Virus record (IMG/VR): IMGVR_UViG_3300045988_134226
DNA from: a virus
Length of the DNA stretch: 60,175 nt
Reading direction: 5' to 3' (one strand)
Positions within the stretch are counted from its first letter, which is position 1. Every line of letters starts with the position of its first letter. Positions 42,570 through 51,423 of the stretch are shown piece after piece. The translations under genes were made by a program, and so were the position numbers. The notes beneath the pieces were generated by a model. The model saw only the letters and a program-made list of their open reading frames with translations, had not been told where the DNA came from and searched no databases.

Positions 42570-43037
42570 CTAATATTTAACATCTTTGTGACCAAAATAC
42601 AGCCACCACCGTTTTACATTGCCATTTATCGCTGTTACCTTTAATTCTTTAATTTTTTTGTTATTACTTTGATAAGTTTTAATCTGTTCTTTTACTAAAG
42701 TATCGCTCTTTAGTTCAGGATAAATAGAAACTAACTGTATATAGCTATCAGGCTTTACCTCTGTAAAAACATCTTTTTCGTGTTGTTGATAGGCTGTTAC
42801 TGCGGTTTCAATTTGCTGTTCAATTTTTGTATTTTCCTGTTCATACATTGCAATCTTTTGGTCAATAACGCTCAAATTTGAAATTTGAACAGCTAAAGAA
42901 ATCGCTACAATAACACCAATAACAAGTGGTATTGTGCCAAAAAAAACGCCAAATAGTCCGTCACAATCCCCATTTATATCAATAAACCACGAAATAACAC
43001 ACCATATTAATAAAATCACTAAAATAACAATAATCAT
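42570..43037 (-). CDS. Two-TM membrane protein
   Basis: 155 aa with N-terminal helices IIVILVILLIWCVISWFI and FGTIPLVIGVIVAISLAV. Confidence 0.6.
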   Translation of the reverse strand: MIIVILVILLIWCVISWFIDINGDCDGLFGVFFGTIPLVIGVIVAISLAVQISNLSVIDQKIAMYEQENTKIEQQIETAVTAYQQHEKDVFTEVKPDSYIQLVSIYPELKSDTLVKEQIKTYQSNNKKIKELKVTAINGNVKRWWLYFGHKDVKY

Positions 43038-43321
43038 TTAATATCACTCCAATCTAAAGCCTGTCCGCACTGCCGACAATATTCAGGTTGTAGCCCAGCA
43101 TATTTCAATTCTCTTTCATCACCTAAATAAATTTTACAAACAGAGCAGAAATAATTATTTTGCAGACGACCCTTTTCTTTATATGGCTTTTTTTGTATTT
43201 GCTTTTCAAGTGCCTTATGGATTACTTCTCTGCACTCAATAAGCATTTCTTTCGATATTGACTTTCCCTTATAAATAAAAGAAAAATCGTCCACAAGTGC
43301 ATTTGCTTCTTGTATTGTCAT
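43034..43321 (-). CDS. Zinc-ribbon protein
   Basis: 95 aa with CSVC...CRQC. Confidence 0.55.
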   Translation of the reverse strand: MTIQEANALVDDFSFIYKGKSISKEMLIECREVIHKALEKQIQKKPYKEKGRLQNNYFCSVCKIYLGDERELKYAGLQPEYCRQCGQALDWSDIK

Positions 43322-43509
43322 TCTTCTACCTCGCTTTCAAGCCAACAGCCAAAATCGGTTGCTGAACAATTACCACGATTTACGGGGCAACCTTTGCAAA
43401 ACAGTTGCTTATTATAATATCCATTTAGGTTACAACTTGTTATAATCTTGTCCATAAGAATTGCCATTTCCTCAACACTCATATTTTTAATTCGCTCAAA
43501 ATTTGTCAT
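43318..43509 (-). CDS. Small Cys-rich protein
   Basis: 63 aa with CKGCPVNRGNCSATDFGCW. Confidence 0.55.
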   Translation of the reverse strand: MTNFERIKNMSVEEMAILMDKIITSCNLNGYYNKQLFCKGCPVNRGNCSATDFGCWLESEVEE

Positions 43510-43748
43510 TCTTTATTCTCCTTTACCAATTCAAATACCCACGCAGGTAAGAAAATGTTATAGTCTTTTAATGTTTGTAGTCTCATATCTTTAACAGATG
43601 AAAAAACAATTTCTTCAATCAACAATCTAACTGCTTCTTTGACTGCTCTTTTTTTCATCATTCCGTTTACATAAAAATTATCAGGACTAAAGTTACAGTA
43701 TTCCTCAAGAAAGTTTTGTATTTTTCGGTTATATGGTGTGTCAAGCAT
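43506..43748 (-). CDS. hypothetical protein
   Basis: 80 aa. Confidence 0.55.
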   Translation of the reverse strand: MLDTPYNRKIQNFLEEYCNFSPDNFYVNGMMKKRAVKEAVRLLIEEIVFSSVKDMRLQTLKDYNIFLPAWVFELVKENKE

Positions 43749-44016
43749 TTTCTACCTCCAACTTCACTAAACCGCTTTTTACAATATCATCAACGATTTG
43801 TTTAATTAAAAGATTTGCCCCGATTTTATTATCTGCCAAAGCATCTTCGAGTTTTTCATTTTCTATTACAAGATGTTCTATTTCTCTATTCTTTTCCTCT
43901 GTTAGGCATTTAAGGCGGTCAATTTCCACTTGCATTTTTTCAATGACCTGTTTCTGTTTGCAAATAGTCTTATTTGCATTTGACAAATCCCTCAATAATT
44001 CTATTGTGTCTTTCAT
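43741..44016 (-). CDS. Coiled-coil protein
   Basis: ATG at 44016 (MKDTIELL..) has SD GGAGGC. The track start at 44040 has no SD. Confidence 0.55.
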   Translation of the reverse strand: MKDTIELLRDLSNANKTICKQKQVIEKMQVEIDRLKCLTEEKNREIEHLVIENEKLEDALADNKIGANLLIKQIVDDIVKSGLVKLEVENA

Positions 44017-44071
44017 TGTTTTGCCTCCACATAGCACCACGATTGTGGCTTTATGCTTATCATTACTGCTC

Positions 44072-44479
44072 TCATTCTTTCACCTCAATCAATATGTATT
44101 TGCCATTTATTATGCAGGGCTTGTTCAAAAAACTTTCTCGGAAACAATTATCAGTCGGACTAATAGGACAGCAGTAACCGTCGCTGACGATACTTTTGCA
44201 AAATAAATGATTTTTCAACCACTTATCGCAAAACTCCGCATTAGTCATAGTCCTAAACTTATGCTTGGTTTTTTTGGTAGGGATATTTGTGTCCTTAGCA
44301 GAGTTTTCGTGTTCATCATATCTTTTTTGTATAAACTCTTTGACTTTATCATAATTTCCTTGTATTAACTGATTTTCTAACCATTCACAACTATAACTTG
44401 GAATACCCATTCCATTAAATGAAAATTGCAAATCTTCCGCAATCAACTTTACAAAATATCTTGCTATTTCTTTATTCAT
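44072..44479 (-). CDS. hypothetical protein
   Basis: 135 aa. Confidence 0.6.
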   Translation of the reverse strand: MNKEIARYFVKLIAEDLQFSFNGMGIPSYSCEWLENQLIQGNYDKVKEFIQKRYDEHENSAKDTNIPTKKTKHKFRTMTNAEFCDKWLKNHLFCKSIVSDGYCCPISPTDNCFRESFLNKPCIINGKYILIEVKE

Positions 44480-44763
44480 TTTCGTTCAACTCCTATTTTC
44501 ATTTGTTCATAATCACTTTTGATTACTGTTCTTGGCTTATACTCTGCAAAATTTCCGTTTTCATCTTGCCTAAATATATCTGCGTTCAGAAATTCAAAAT
44601 GTTTACATTTGTTAGGTCTTTTTGCTTTAATCGCTTTGTAAAACCTACCAGCTCCGTCATCTCCGCAGGGCGCTTTTGCTGTACAAATGAAATCGGTACA
44701 CTCACCGTTATAATCAAGAGCATTTGCACAATATCTGCAATACTGATTTTTAGGTCGTTCCAT
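44476..44763 (-). CDS. Cys-rich hypothetical protein
   Basis: 95 aa with YCRYC...C..C. Confidence 0.55.
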   Translation of the reverse strand: MERPKNQYCRYCANALDYNGECTDFICTAKAPCGDDGAGRFYKAIKAKRPNKCKHFEFLNADIFRQDENGNFAEYKPRTVIKSDYEQMKIGVERK

Positions 44764-44944
44764 TGTTTAACTCCTTTAATCTTGCTTCTGCTTCCTCTGT
44801 GTTATATGAATATTTACCGCAAATATCTATTAGCGGAGTTCCCCATTTGTTCTTGTCGATATAAACAGTGGCATATCTTCCGTTGAATTTTTGAAGATAT
44901 ATATTGTCTGCAAACTTTATTGCAACAAAGGACAATTTACACAA
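44750..44944 (-). CDS. hypothetical protein (start uncertain)
   Basis: 64 aa from TTG. The well-placed SD GAGGTAG serves an out-of-frame ATG that gives only 11 codons. Confidence 0.4.
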   Translation of the reverse strand: MCKLSFVAIKFADNIYLQKFNGRYATVYIDKNKWGTPLIDICGKYSYNTEEAEARLKELNNGTT

Positions 44945-45135
44945 CTTTTCATATAACTACCTCACTTTTTGTTGCCCAATGTCTACCTGCTGAAAATTAA
45001 GCGGTGGAAAGATTAACGCCTACTACTACTAAAACATCAATCTTTTTTATATATGAATAATTAGTCGCTCGAAGAAAAAGTGTTTATTTTCAACATTTAA
45101 AACCACATTAAAAATCAGTCAGGTAGCACATTGCT

Positions 45136-45534
45136 TTAACCGTTTAAATACTTTTGAGTTCCGCCGTTGAGCATTTCTGTAAGCTTCGGCTCAATTCCAC
45201 TTTTGTGTTTATATTTGTTTGTTATGTCGTAAATTCGTTGATACTTTGCTTCATCTTCCTTTGACAAGTCGTTGTGTATGTCAGCAATCTTTTCATATGC
45301 TTCCCAATGTAAAGTGCTAAACTTGCTTTTCACTTCACTTATCGACGGTGGAAATTGATTTGTACTTATCAACTTATTTATCGCCATTAACACAATGTCA
45401 GCAGGAATATCGTCAAATTGCATAGTCCATATTGCAATCGTTCCCATTGCTTCGTCTTTTGTCATTCCTTTATAGCTGTTAGGATATGCCGCTTTAAGTA
45501 TCGCTAATATCTTAATTGTTTCGTCCTGTGTCAT
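45136..45534 (-). CDS. G39P-like helicase-loader protein (putative)
   Basis: 132 aa with ILAILKAAYPNSY...FPPSISEV, a pattern recalled from SPP1 G39P-type loaders. Confidence 0.5.
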   Translation of the reverse strand: MTQDETIKILAILKAAYPNSYKGMTKDEAMGTIAIWTMQFDDIPADIVLMAINKLISTNQFPPSISEVKSKFSTLHWEAYEKIADIHNDLSKEDEAKYQRIYDITNKYKHKSGIEPKLTEMLNGGTQKYLNG

Positions 45535-45545
45535 TATGTATCACC

Positions 45546-45641
45546 TCAATTAATCTGTGTCCTTGATATAAGAATAGTAATAATCAAAGCTAACGCTACA
45601 ATCGAAATAAAGCGTATTGTTTGCTTTATAAAATCGTTCAT
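45546..45641 (-). CDS. 31-aa hydrophobic mini-protein
   Basis: Encodes MNDFIKQTIRFISIVALALIITILISRTQIN. The TAATG start overlaps the upstream stop. SD AAAGGGG. Confidence 0.35.
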   Translation of the reverse strand: MNDFIKQTIRFISIVALALIITILISRTQIN

Positions 45642-46363
45642 TAAAACATACCCCTTTCGTTAGCAAGGTCAAGAAATACATTACCGCTCGGCTGTTGCTT
45701 GCTTTGCTGTATAGGCTTTTGTTCTTTATCTTTCCTTGCCCAATTTCTAATAGTTGCAAGGTGATTTTTATATGATTTTCCTGTACTTGCAATATAACCG
45801 CTTAATCTTTCAATGCGTTCTTGATAATCAGTAGGAAATTCAGCTTTAAGCTTTTCCATATCTTCATCAGTTAAAAGAACATTTTTATACTCACCGTATT
45901 TATGGCGAACAGGCTTTTTTGCTGTGTTTGTACTATCTATATCCTTACCTTGCTCTAACTCTAAACTATCCTTACCTATCTCTAACCTATCCTGTGTATC
46001 CAAATTGTACGCATTATGTATACATTCTGTGTACGCCTTGTTTTCTTTTACTGCAAGTGTGCTTTTTTCCTCTTGATAAATGGTAGGCTTGTATCGGTCC
46101 TTTTGTATGTAATTATGTATTTTCCAATGTTTGATAACGATAACGCCACTTTCAAAAGTAATGATAAATCGTTTTAAGATAAGCAATTTACAATCATCAT
46201 CACTTGCCCCTATCATTCTTTGAATTTTTTTAGGGTTATTTATAAAGCCGTCGTCGTCGGCTCTCATTGATAAATGAAAATATAAAGCCTGTGCAGATAG
46301 TGGCATATCCAAAAATGCGTCACTATCAATTATTGTTTTTGCAAACATTCGTCTTTCAGCCAT
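45641..46363 (-). CDS. Replisome organizer / DnaD-like replication initiation protein
   Basis: ATG at 46363 (MAERRMFAKTIIDSDAFLDMP..) has SD AAGGAAG. The track N-terminal extension covers the promoter and terminator. C-terminal ..YKNHLATIRNWARKD. Confidence 0.8.
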   Translation of the reverse strand: MAERRMFAKTIIDSDAFLDMPLSAQALYFHLSMRADDDGFINNPKKIQRMIGASDDDCKLLILKRFIITFESGVIVIKHWKIHNYIQKDRYKPTIYQEEKSTLAVKENKAYTECIHNAYNLDTQDRLEIGKDSLELEQGKDIDSTNTAKKPVRHKYGEYKNVLLTDEDMEKLKAEFPTDYQERIERLSGYIASTGKSYKNHLATIRNWARKDKEQKPIQQSKQQPSGNVFLDLANERGMF

Positions 46364-46378
46364 TTTTGCACTTCCTTT

Positions 46379-46428
46379 AAAATAAAAGCGTACCGTTTGA
46401 AGTGTGTCGGCACTTTCAAACAATACGC
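46379..46428 (-). terminator. Intrinsic terminator in the leader of the replication gene
   Basis: GCGUA..GUUUGAAAGUG-CCGACA-CACUUCAAAC..UACGC followed by UUUUAUUUU, directly before the SD. Confidence 0.7.
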
Positions 46429-46432
46429 CTGT

Positions 46433-46484
46433 GTTGATACAATATTCTATTTTGTGTTGAACAATACCGACATATTGTATCAAC
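46433..46484. repeat. 13-bp perfect inverted repeat plus a third related box (GTTGA(T)ACAAT)
   Basis: gttgatacaatat at 46433-45 and atattgtatcaac at 46472-84. A related gttgaacaat lies at 46456-65. Confidence 0.85.
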
Positions 46485-46490
46485 GAGAAT

Positions 46491-46519
46491 ATTATACCAA
46501 AATAGTAATTATTTGTCAA
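46491..46519 (-). promoter_or_regulatory. Consensus promoter P46
   Basis: On the minus strand: TTGACA (46514-19), 17 nt, TATAAT (46491-96), then ATT. Confidence 0.7.
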
Positions 46520-46555
46520 TATCAAATTTGTTTACTTTGATAACAAAGTGACGCA

Positions 46556-47098
46556 CTATGCGTAAATGTCAAGCACGCTGTTATCAATCACAATTAAGTC
46601 ACTCGGCTTGCACTCATATAATTCCGCAAGTTTCATCAACTGATACGGTGTAGGTAAGCAAAATCCGTTTTCAAACTTTGACAGCATAGGCGTATCAAAG
46701 GATAAATCAAACTTACGCATATACTCAACAACTTCTTGCTGATACAAGTTCTTTTCAAGCCTAATTGCTTTCATATTGTTAAAAATGCTTGTCTGCAATG
46801 CTTCCGTATCGCTGTTTAGTATTCTGTTGATTTTGCCGAGCGGTGCAAAGTTGCTTTTTGCCTTTGCCATAATCTCTTTTTTATAGGCTTTAATTTCGTT
46901 AATATCGTCGGTCTTGTAAAATCCTTTGCCGTGACCGCTACGAATGATAACAAAATTATCGCCACTATCGTACTTACTCAACTCGTGTAGTTTTCTTCTT
47001 ACTTGCCTTTCACTCATACCCCATTTTTCGCATAGGGTAGGATATGTAACGGCATTTTCACGCCCAACAGGGATAGAATTATAGTAATATTCAAGCAT
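46556..47098 (-). CDS. DNA-binding protein (winged-helix-like N-terminus and XRE-type HTH C-terminus)
   Basis: 180 aa with ..MSERQVRRKLHEL.. and ..LYQQEVVEYMRKFDLSFDTPMLSKFENG... Confidence 0.6.
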   Translation of the reverse strand: MLEYYYNSIPVGRENAVTYPTLCEKWGMSERQVRRKLHELSKYDSGDNFVIIRSGHGKGFYKTDDINEIKAYKKEIMAKAKSNFAPLGKINRILNSDTEALQTSIFNNMKAIRLEKNLYQQEVVEYMRKFDLSFDTPMLSKFENGFCLPTPYQLMKLAELYECKPSDLIVIDNSVLDIYA

Positions 47099-47112
47099 TT
47101 TTTATCACTCCT

Positions 47113-47541
47113 TTAGAAAGGTAAATCGTCGTCCTCGTCCACAATTTCCTCAAAGTCGCTGTTGTCGGCACTTGCGTATGTTGGCGGTGCAACATTCAAA
47201 TTTGGATTTGAGTTACTTTGCTGTTTGCTTCCACAAAAAGAAACATTGTTTGCAACTACATCAACCGACTTTCTTTTGTTGCCGTCTTTGTCTGTAAAGT
47301 TGCTTGTTTGAATACTGCCCTCAATGCCTATCATATCGCCTTTATGAAAATATCGGCTGATAAATTCGGCTGTGCTACGCCAAGCCATACAATCTATAAA
47401 GTCGGCTTGTCTTTCTTGTCCTTGTGCTTGATAATTTCTATCAACAGCCATTTGAAAACGAATGACTGATACGCCACTCTGTGTTGCTTTGAGTTCAGGC
47501 TCGTATGTCAAGCGTCCTGTTAATGCTACTGTGTTAATCAT
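47113..47541 (-). CDS. ssb: Single-stranded DNA-binding protein
   Basis: MINTVALTGRLTYEPELK.. OB-fold pattern with an acidic tail DEDDDLPF. ATG at 47541. Confidence 0.9.
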   Translation of the reverse strand: MINTVALTGRLTYEPELKATQSGVSVIRFQMAVDRNYQAQGQERQADFIDCMAWRSTAEFISRYFHKGDMIGIEGSIQTSNFTDKDGNKRKSVDVVANNVSFCGSKQQSNSNPNLNVAPPTYASADNSDFEEIVDEDDDLPF

Positions 47542-47665
47542 CTTTGTCCTCACTTTCTTTAATGCGTGTAAAGCGTGCTAATCTGCCACACTCTGCACAT
47601 CTTGTCGTGTCGTCGTCTGTTTCAAATTCTGTACTTCCGCAAGTACATTGTTTTATAACCCACAT
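47534..47665 (-). CDS. Small zinc-ribbon protein
   Basis: 43 aa, below the track cutoff. SD GAGGTAA. Carries CTCG...CAECG. Confidence 0.45.
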   Translation of the reverse strand: MWVIKQCTCGSTEFETDDDTTRCAECGRLARFTRIKESEDKDD

Positions 47666-47675
47666 ATTTATTACC

Positions 47676-47981
47676 TCACAAATAGTTTTTACCGAATATT
47701 TTTATAAAATCTTCCTCGCTCCAACCGTAATAATTCATTGCTTTTTGCTGTGCAAGTGCCTTTAGTCTGCTGTTGACCTTTGCATTTTGATGTACGGAAT
47801 TTTTACCGAATATATGACATTTGTTATGATGTATATAAACAAATAGTCCGTATTGCTCCGATTTATTACGGTTGCTTGCTCCAAATATATGATGTTTGTC
47901 TAATGGGTCATTAAAACCATTACCGCCGCATATAAAACAATGTTCCTTATCTTTTTGAATAATGCTGTCAATCGTTATCAC
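47676..47981 (-). CDS. Hypothetical protein with an HNH-like Cys/His pattern
   Basis: 101 aa with CFICGG..DKHHIFG..NR..HHNKCH. Confidence 0.55.
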   Translation of the reverse strand: MITIDSIIQKDKEHCFICGGNGFNDPLDKHHIFGASNRNKSEQYGLFVYIHHNKCHIFGKNSVHQNAKVNSRLKALAQQKAMNYYGWSEEDFIKIFGKNYL

Positions 47982-48522
47982 CCCACAATGCTTTTAATCT
48001 TGCGATTTCGTCAGGTGTCATTGTTTCTATGCCCTGTTCCTTACAATCAAATATCACGCTATCTAATAACGCACTCATTTGTTCCGTGTTGTAGGTTGAC
48101 GAGCCATAATAACAACAAACATTTGTATAGCCCTCAATTTTGCTATCGCCTAATACCTCACATATCCAACCAAGACCTTTAACGCTCCAATTTTCGCACC
48201 AACTATTTACAGCGTCGTTTCTTATAGGTACAATCTCAAAATTATCCCCTATTTCTCGTATTAACTGCTTGTAAATGTCTGTTTTGTTTTGTCTTGTTTT
48301 AAGTGCCAACTTGCCACACAAAACCCAAAAATAAGCGTTAGCGTCAAGTGACCGCTTTTTTCTCTTTTGCGTGATTTTTATTGATAATTCCTTATCTTTC
48401 AAATCATCATAGCCTTGCAGCAAGTTGTCTTTTTCATTGACGGCAAGCGTTAATTTCGGTTGACCTGATACAAAATCAATATTGCAATCTATCAATTTGC
48501 CTGTTAATTCAATCGTTCTCAC
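47968..48522 (-). CDS. ninB: NinB/Orf-family recombination mediator
   Basis: 184 aa. RSLDANAYFWVLCGKL and the C-terminal ARLKALWGD parallel lambda NinB RSLDQNRKLWACLGDV / ..WKARWGD. Confidence 0.7.
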   Translation of the reverse strand: MRTIELTGKLIDCNIDFVSGQPKLTLAVNEKDNLLQGYDDLKDKELSIKITQKRKKRSLDANAYFWVLCGKLALKTRQNKTDIYKQLIREIGDNFEIVPIRNDAVNSWCENWSVKGLGWICEVLGDSKIEGYTNVCCYYGSSTYNTEQMSALLDSVIFDCKEQGIETMTPDEIARLKALWGDND

Positions 48523-48652
48523 CGTCCTGTTCTATTACATAGCCGTTTGCTTCACAAACGCCATTGTCAATATTTTTTAGTATTTTAATGATTGTGTTGT
48601 TTTGCTTTTTAATGTCCTTTAACAAATTGACAATTTCCTTATCAATGTTCAT
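48509..48652 (-). CDS. Small hypothetical protein
   Basis: 47 aa, below the track cutoff. SD AGGTGA. Confidence 0.45.
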   Translation of the reverse strand: MNIDKEIVNLLKDIKKQNNTIIKILKNIDNGVCEANGYVIEQDGEND

Positions 48653-48689
48653 TTAATCACCTGCTTTCTTTTGCTAACAAACCGACACA

Positions 48690-49358
48690 TTATGTGTCTG
48701 CATACTCCCACTCTTGCGTTTTTTTCTTGTCTTTGTGACCGTGCAAGAATACATACTCACTCTTTGCGCTCATATTTTCCATAAGCCACTCGCTCGCTTG
48801 CTCGTGGGATAGGTGACGGCTTGCTACATTCAGTTCATAAGAATACTCGCCTGCTTCAAGCTTTGCATTGATACGCTCTTGCAAGTCCTCGTCGGTGTAA
48901 TTTGCTTCAATCATATAAAGGTCATAATCTTTTGCCGTTATGCCTTGCAAATGTTCCGTGTCGGTTGCATATATAGCCTTTTCGCCGTTTGCAAATATTC
49001 TATAACCGCAATTTGGTACATTATGATATAACTTGATAGGTGATACCTTAAAAACCTTGTAATCGTAAATCTTGCCTATTCCCAACACATCAATTTGTTG
49101 TTTTGGTACTCCTGCTTCTACAAGGTCATTTACCAACCATTCACAACAGCCTATTCTAATAGTCGGTCTTTCGTCCGCTAACCTCTTAATCGTTTTACCA
49201 TTGAAGTGGTCTGTATGAATGTGCGTGAGTAAAACTATTTGCAAGTCCTTATACACATCTTTCAGTGCCTTAAAGCTAACGCCGCAATCCACTAAAATAG
49301 TATCGTTAATGACTACGGCGTTACCCTGTGAGCCTGTCGAAATTATGTTGTAGTTCAT
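48690..49358 (-). CDS. Metallo-beta-lactamase-fold hydrolase
   Basis: 222 aa with LLTHIHTDHF (HxHxDH). Confidence 0.8.
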   Translation of the reverse strand: MNYNIISTGSQGNAVVINDTILVDCGVSFKALKDVYKDLQIVLLTHIHTDHFNGKTIKRLADERPTIRIGCCEWLVNDLVEAGVPKQQIDVLGIGKIYDYKVFKVSPIKLYHNVPNCGYRIFANGEKAIYATDTEHLQGITAKDYDLYMIEANYTDEDLQERINAKLEAGEYSYELNVASRHLSHEQASEWLMENMSAKSEYVFLHGHKDKKKTQEWEYADT

Positions 49359-50077
49359 TAAATTTCGTCCATATTCACAACATTTTCAACAGGTGTAGCG
49401 TCAACCTCAATAGGCTCGTCCTGCTGTATGATTTCTTGTTTTTGCGGTGCTGTTTCATTCGGCAAGTCAACGCCCATTTCTTCGGCTTCATACATTCCGC
49501 CGAGTTCCTCAACGAATGTTTCACGCAATGCCCTTACCTTTGCAACTTTTTCAACCATTGTTGCACCCTTACCGCTCCAATTAGCATTCAAACTGCCGTC
49601 ACTCTTTTTCTGTGCGACTTCATCAAATCCAACACTGCAATATGTAGGGTGTTGCCAATCCTTACGGTAGACTTTAGCCCAACCGCCGACAAGGTTTTCA
49701 CTGTCACGCAAATAAAATGTGCCTTTGCGTTCGATAATCTCGCTTGTTTCTTTGTTTTGAACAATAACACCACTTTCCATACCGTCATAGTTAGGGTTTT
49801 TAATAGCACGCTTCAAAACTGCGTCCTTACCTACAACAATTTGTGCAGGGTTTTCGCCATACTTGATACAGTATGCTTCTTTCAAAAATGGGTTAAGTCC
49901 TCTTGCCTTGCACAAAGATGTGAAAAACTTAAATTCAGGCATTGTAATTTGTGCGTCTGTGCCTACAATGTAGTTTTGAACAATGGACGGTGTGAGTTTA
50001 ATTTGCTCGCCGTCAACCTCGTAAACTACTGCAATTTCCTTTTTTGTTTCCTCTTTCTTTGTTTCTGTATTACTCAT
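49358..50077 (-). CDS. recT: RecT-family single-strand annealing recombinase
   Basis: 239 aa with ..ARGLNPFLKEAYCIKYGENPAQIVVGKDAVLKRA... Confidence 0.85.
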   Translation of the reverse strand: MSNTETKKEETKKEIAVVYEVDGEQIKLTPSIVQNYIVGTDAQITMPEFKFFTSLCKARGLNPFLKEAYCIKYGENPAQIVVGKDAVLKRAIKNPNYDGMESGVIVQNKETSEIIERKGTFYLRDSENLVGGWAKVYRKDWQHPTYCSVGFDEVAQKKSDGSLNANWSGKGATMVEKVAKVRALRETFVEELGGMYEAEEMGVDLPNETAPQKQEIIQQDEPIEVDATPVENVVNMDEI

Positions 50078-50903
50078 AATCGTAACCTCCGTTATTCAAA
50101 AATTCTTTAAGTGCTTTCAACTGTGGCATTGTGCCACGCACTATAAATTTCAATGTGTATGTCTTTTCTTCCTCAACAGGCGGTGCAATCGGCTCAACTG
50201 TCGGCGGTGCTACTGCTTCAACAACTTCCTCAACCTTTGCGACGGCTTCGGCTTCTGCTTGCTCTCTTGCTTTGCGTTCTTCCTCTCTTGCCTTTGCTTC
50301 CTCAATAGCCTTGTATCTGTTTGCAACCGTTGTAATGGCGTTTGATACATTCAAAGACTGCTTGTATTCGTACAAAATCTCGTCTTTGTGTTCCTGCGTG
50401 TCAATCAAATTAAGGTTGTCAACAATCTTGTCAACAAAGGCTTTTGCCTGCTCTTTTAGACTTTTCATTGAAGCGGACAAAGTAACATTGATGTTTGCAT
50501 TTTCAAAGGTTACAAAGTCAATGCCTGTTGCTGTCAGGTATTCGTCAAAGTAGCCTTTTACCTCTGCCTTTTTCTGCTCTTTCAACTCGTTTTCAACGCT
50601 GTCAATCTTGCCCTTTAACTCGGTATCAGCCTTTTTGTATGTATCGGAAATACAATCCTTGTATACCGCTTCAAACTGCTCATACGGTGTCATAATTGCT
50701 TTTTTGACCGCTTTTCTGCGTTCCTCATAGTCTTTCAACTCTTTGTTGAGGTCTGACCTTACCTTTTTGACATCTTTAACGGTGTCCTCTGTGCAAACAA
50801 GGCTTAAAGCCTGCTCTACCTTTGCCGTAACCTCGGCTTTGACTTCGTGCAACTGCTCAACGATAATCGGCAACTGCTTTACTGCGATAATTTCCTTATC
50901 CAT
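50070..50903 (-). CDS. DUF1351-like protein (RecT-associated)
   Basis: 277 aa, coiled-coil rich, immediately upstream of recT. This arrangement is recalled from Firmicute phages. Confidence 0.6.
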   Translation of the reverse strand: MDKEIIAVKQLPIIVEQLHEVKAEVTAKVEQALSLVCTEDTVKDVKKVRSDLNKELKDYEERRKAVKKAIMTPYEQFEAVYKDCISDTYKKADTELKGKIDSVENELKEQKKAEVKGYFDEYLTATGIDFVTFENANINVTLSASMKSLKEQAKAFVDKIVDNLNLIDTQEHKDEILYEYKQSLNVSNAITTVANRYKAIEEAKAREEERKAREQAEAEAVAKVEEVVEAVAPPTVEPIAPPVEEEKTYTLKFIVRGTMPQLKALKEFLNNGGYDYE

Positions 50904-50905
50904 TT

Positions 50906-51088
50906 TTAGTTTCCTTTCTGTATGTTAAAAATCTCTTTTATATCATCAATGTTTGAATAACTGTCCTTTTTGGATAATGCTGTTTCTAACATTGATAATT
51001 TCTGTTCTGCCTGTATCAGTTGTTCATAGCGTCTTATATCAACCTCAACAGTTACTTGTCTATCAAGTCCTGTTACAACTTCTGCCAT
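50906..51088 (-). CDS. hypothetical protein
   Basis: 60 aa with SD AAGGAAAGGGG. Confidence 0.55.
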   Translation of the reverse strand: MAEVVTGLDRQVTVEVDIRRYEQLIQAEQKLSMLETALSKKDSYSNIDDIKEIFNIQKGN

Positions 51089-51197
51089 ACTCTACACCCC
51101 TTTCCTTTGCTTTATTTGCAAAGTATTCTATTAACCTTGCATTATGTACTTGCTCGCTTTGAATAAGATTTACAACTACTTTTCTTTTGCTTCTCAT
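51063..51197 (-). CDS. Small basic protein
   Basis: 44 aa, below the track cutoff. SD GAGGAG inside the upstream 3' end. Confidence 0.35.
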   Translation of the reverse strand: MRSKRKVVVNLIQSEQVHNARLIEYFANKAKERGVEYGRSCNRT

Positions 51198-51202
51198 TGT
51201 TG

Positions 51203-51409
51203 CTACTCCTCATCAAGTTTTTGAAGTGCATACATATCCTCGTCAGGCACATTAAGCACATCTTGAATTGCCTGCCAAAATTCGTGTGTTCCACCTCGCT
51301 GTCCTGTTTCAACAAAACTGTATGTTGCACGGCTTACGCCTATTTTTTCGGCAAATTCCGCCTGCGTTAGTTTTGTGCCTACCCTGAATTGCTTTAGTTT
51401 AGTTCTCAC
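51203..51409 (-). CDS. XRE-family HTH protein (Cro-like candidate)
   Basis: GTG at 51409 has SD AAGGTGGTG. Contains LTQAEFAEKIGVSRATYSFVETG. Confidence 0.7.
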   Translation of the reverse strand: MRTKLKQFRVGTKLTQAEFAEKIGVSRATYSFVETGQRGGTHEFWQAIQDVLNVPDEDMYALQKLDEE

Positions 51410-51423
51410 TTGCTCACCACCTT

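Noticed and set aside
45550-45792. 80-aa ORF overlapping the 3' end of the replisome-organizer gene
   Set aside because: It overlaps a confident gene in another frame. The short non-overlapping part is better accounted for by the SD-preceded 31-codon ORF at 45546..45641.
46364-46525. N-terminal 54 codons of track ORF 45641..46525. Similar extensions occur in 17449..18486 and 31064..31822.
   Set aside because: The extensions run across consensus promoters, hairpins and terminators and lack SDs. Internal ATGs with good SDs give the expected protein N-termini.
49328-50110. 260-aa plus-strand ORF opposite recT, and similar antisense ORFs (10560..11072, 13484..13948, 26830..27408, 31086..31571, 36923..37402, 43733..44206, 44419..44886)
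   Set aside because: Each overlaps strongly supported minus-strand genes with recognisable motifs. They are Cys/Phe/Leu-rich, as is typical of antisense frames in AT-rich DNA, and lack ribosome-binding sites.
51142-51330. 62-aa ORF overlapping the Cro-like HTH gene
   Set aside because: It lies in an alternative frame within a recognisable HTH gene and has no SD.
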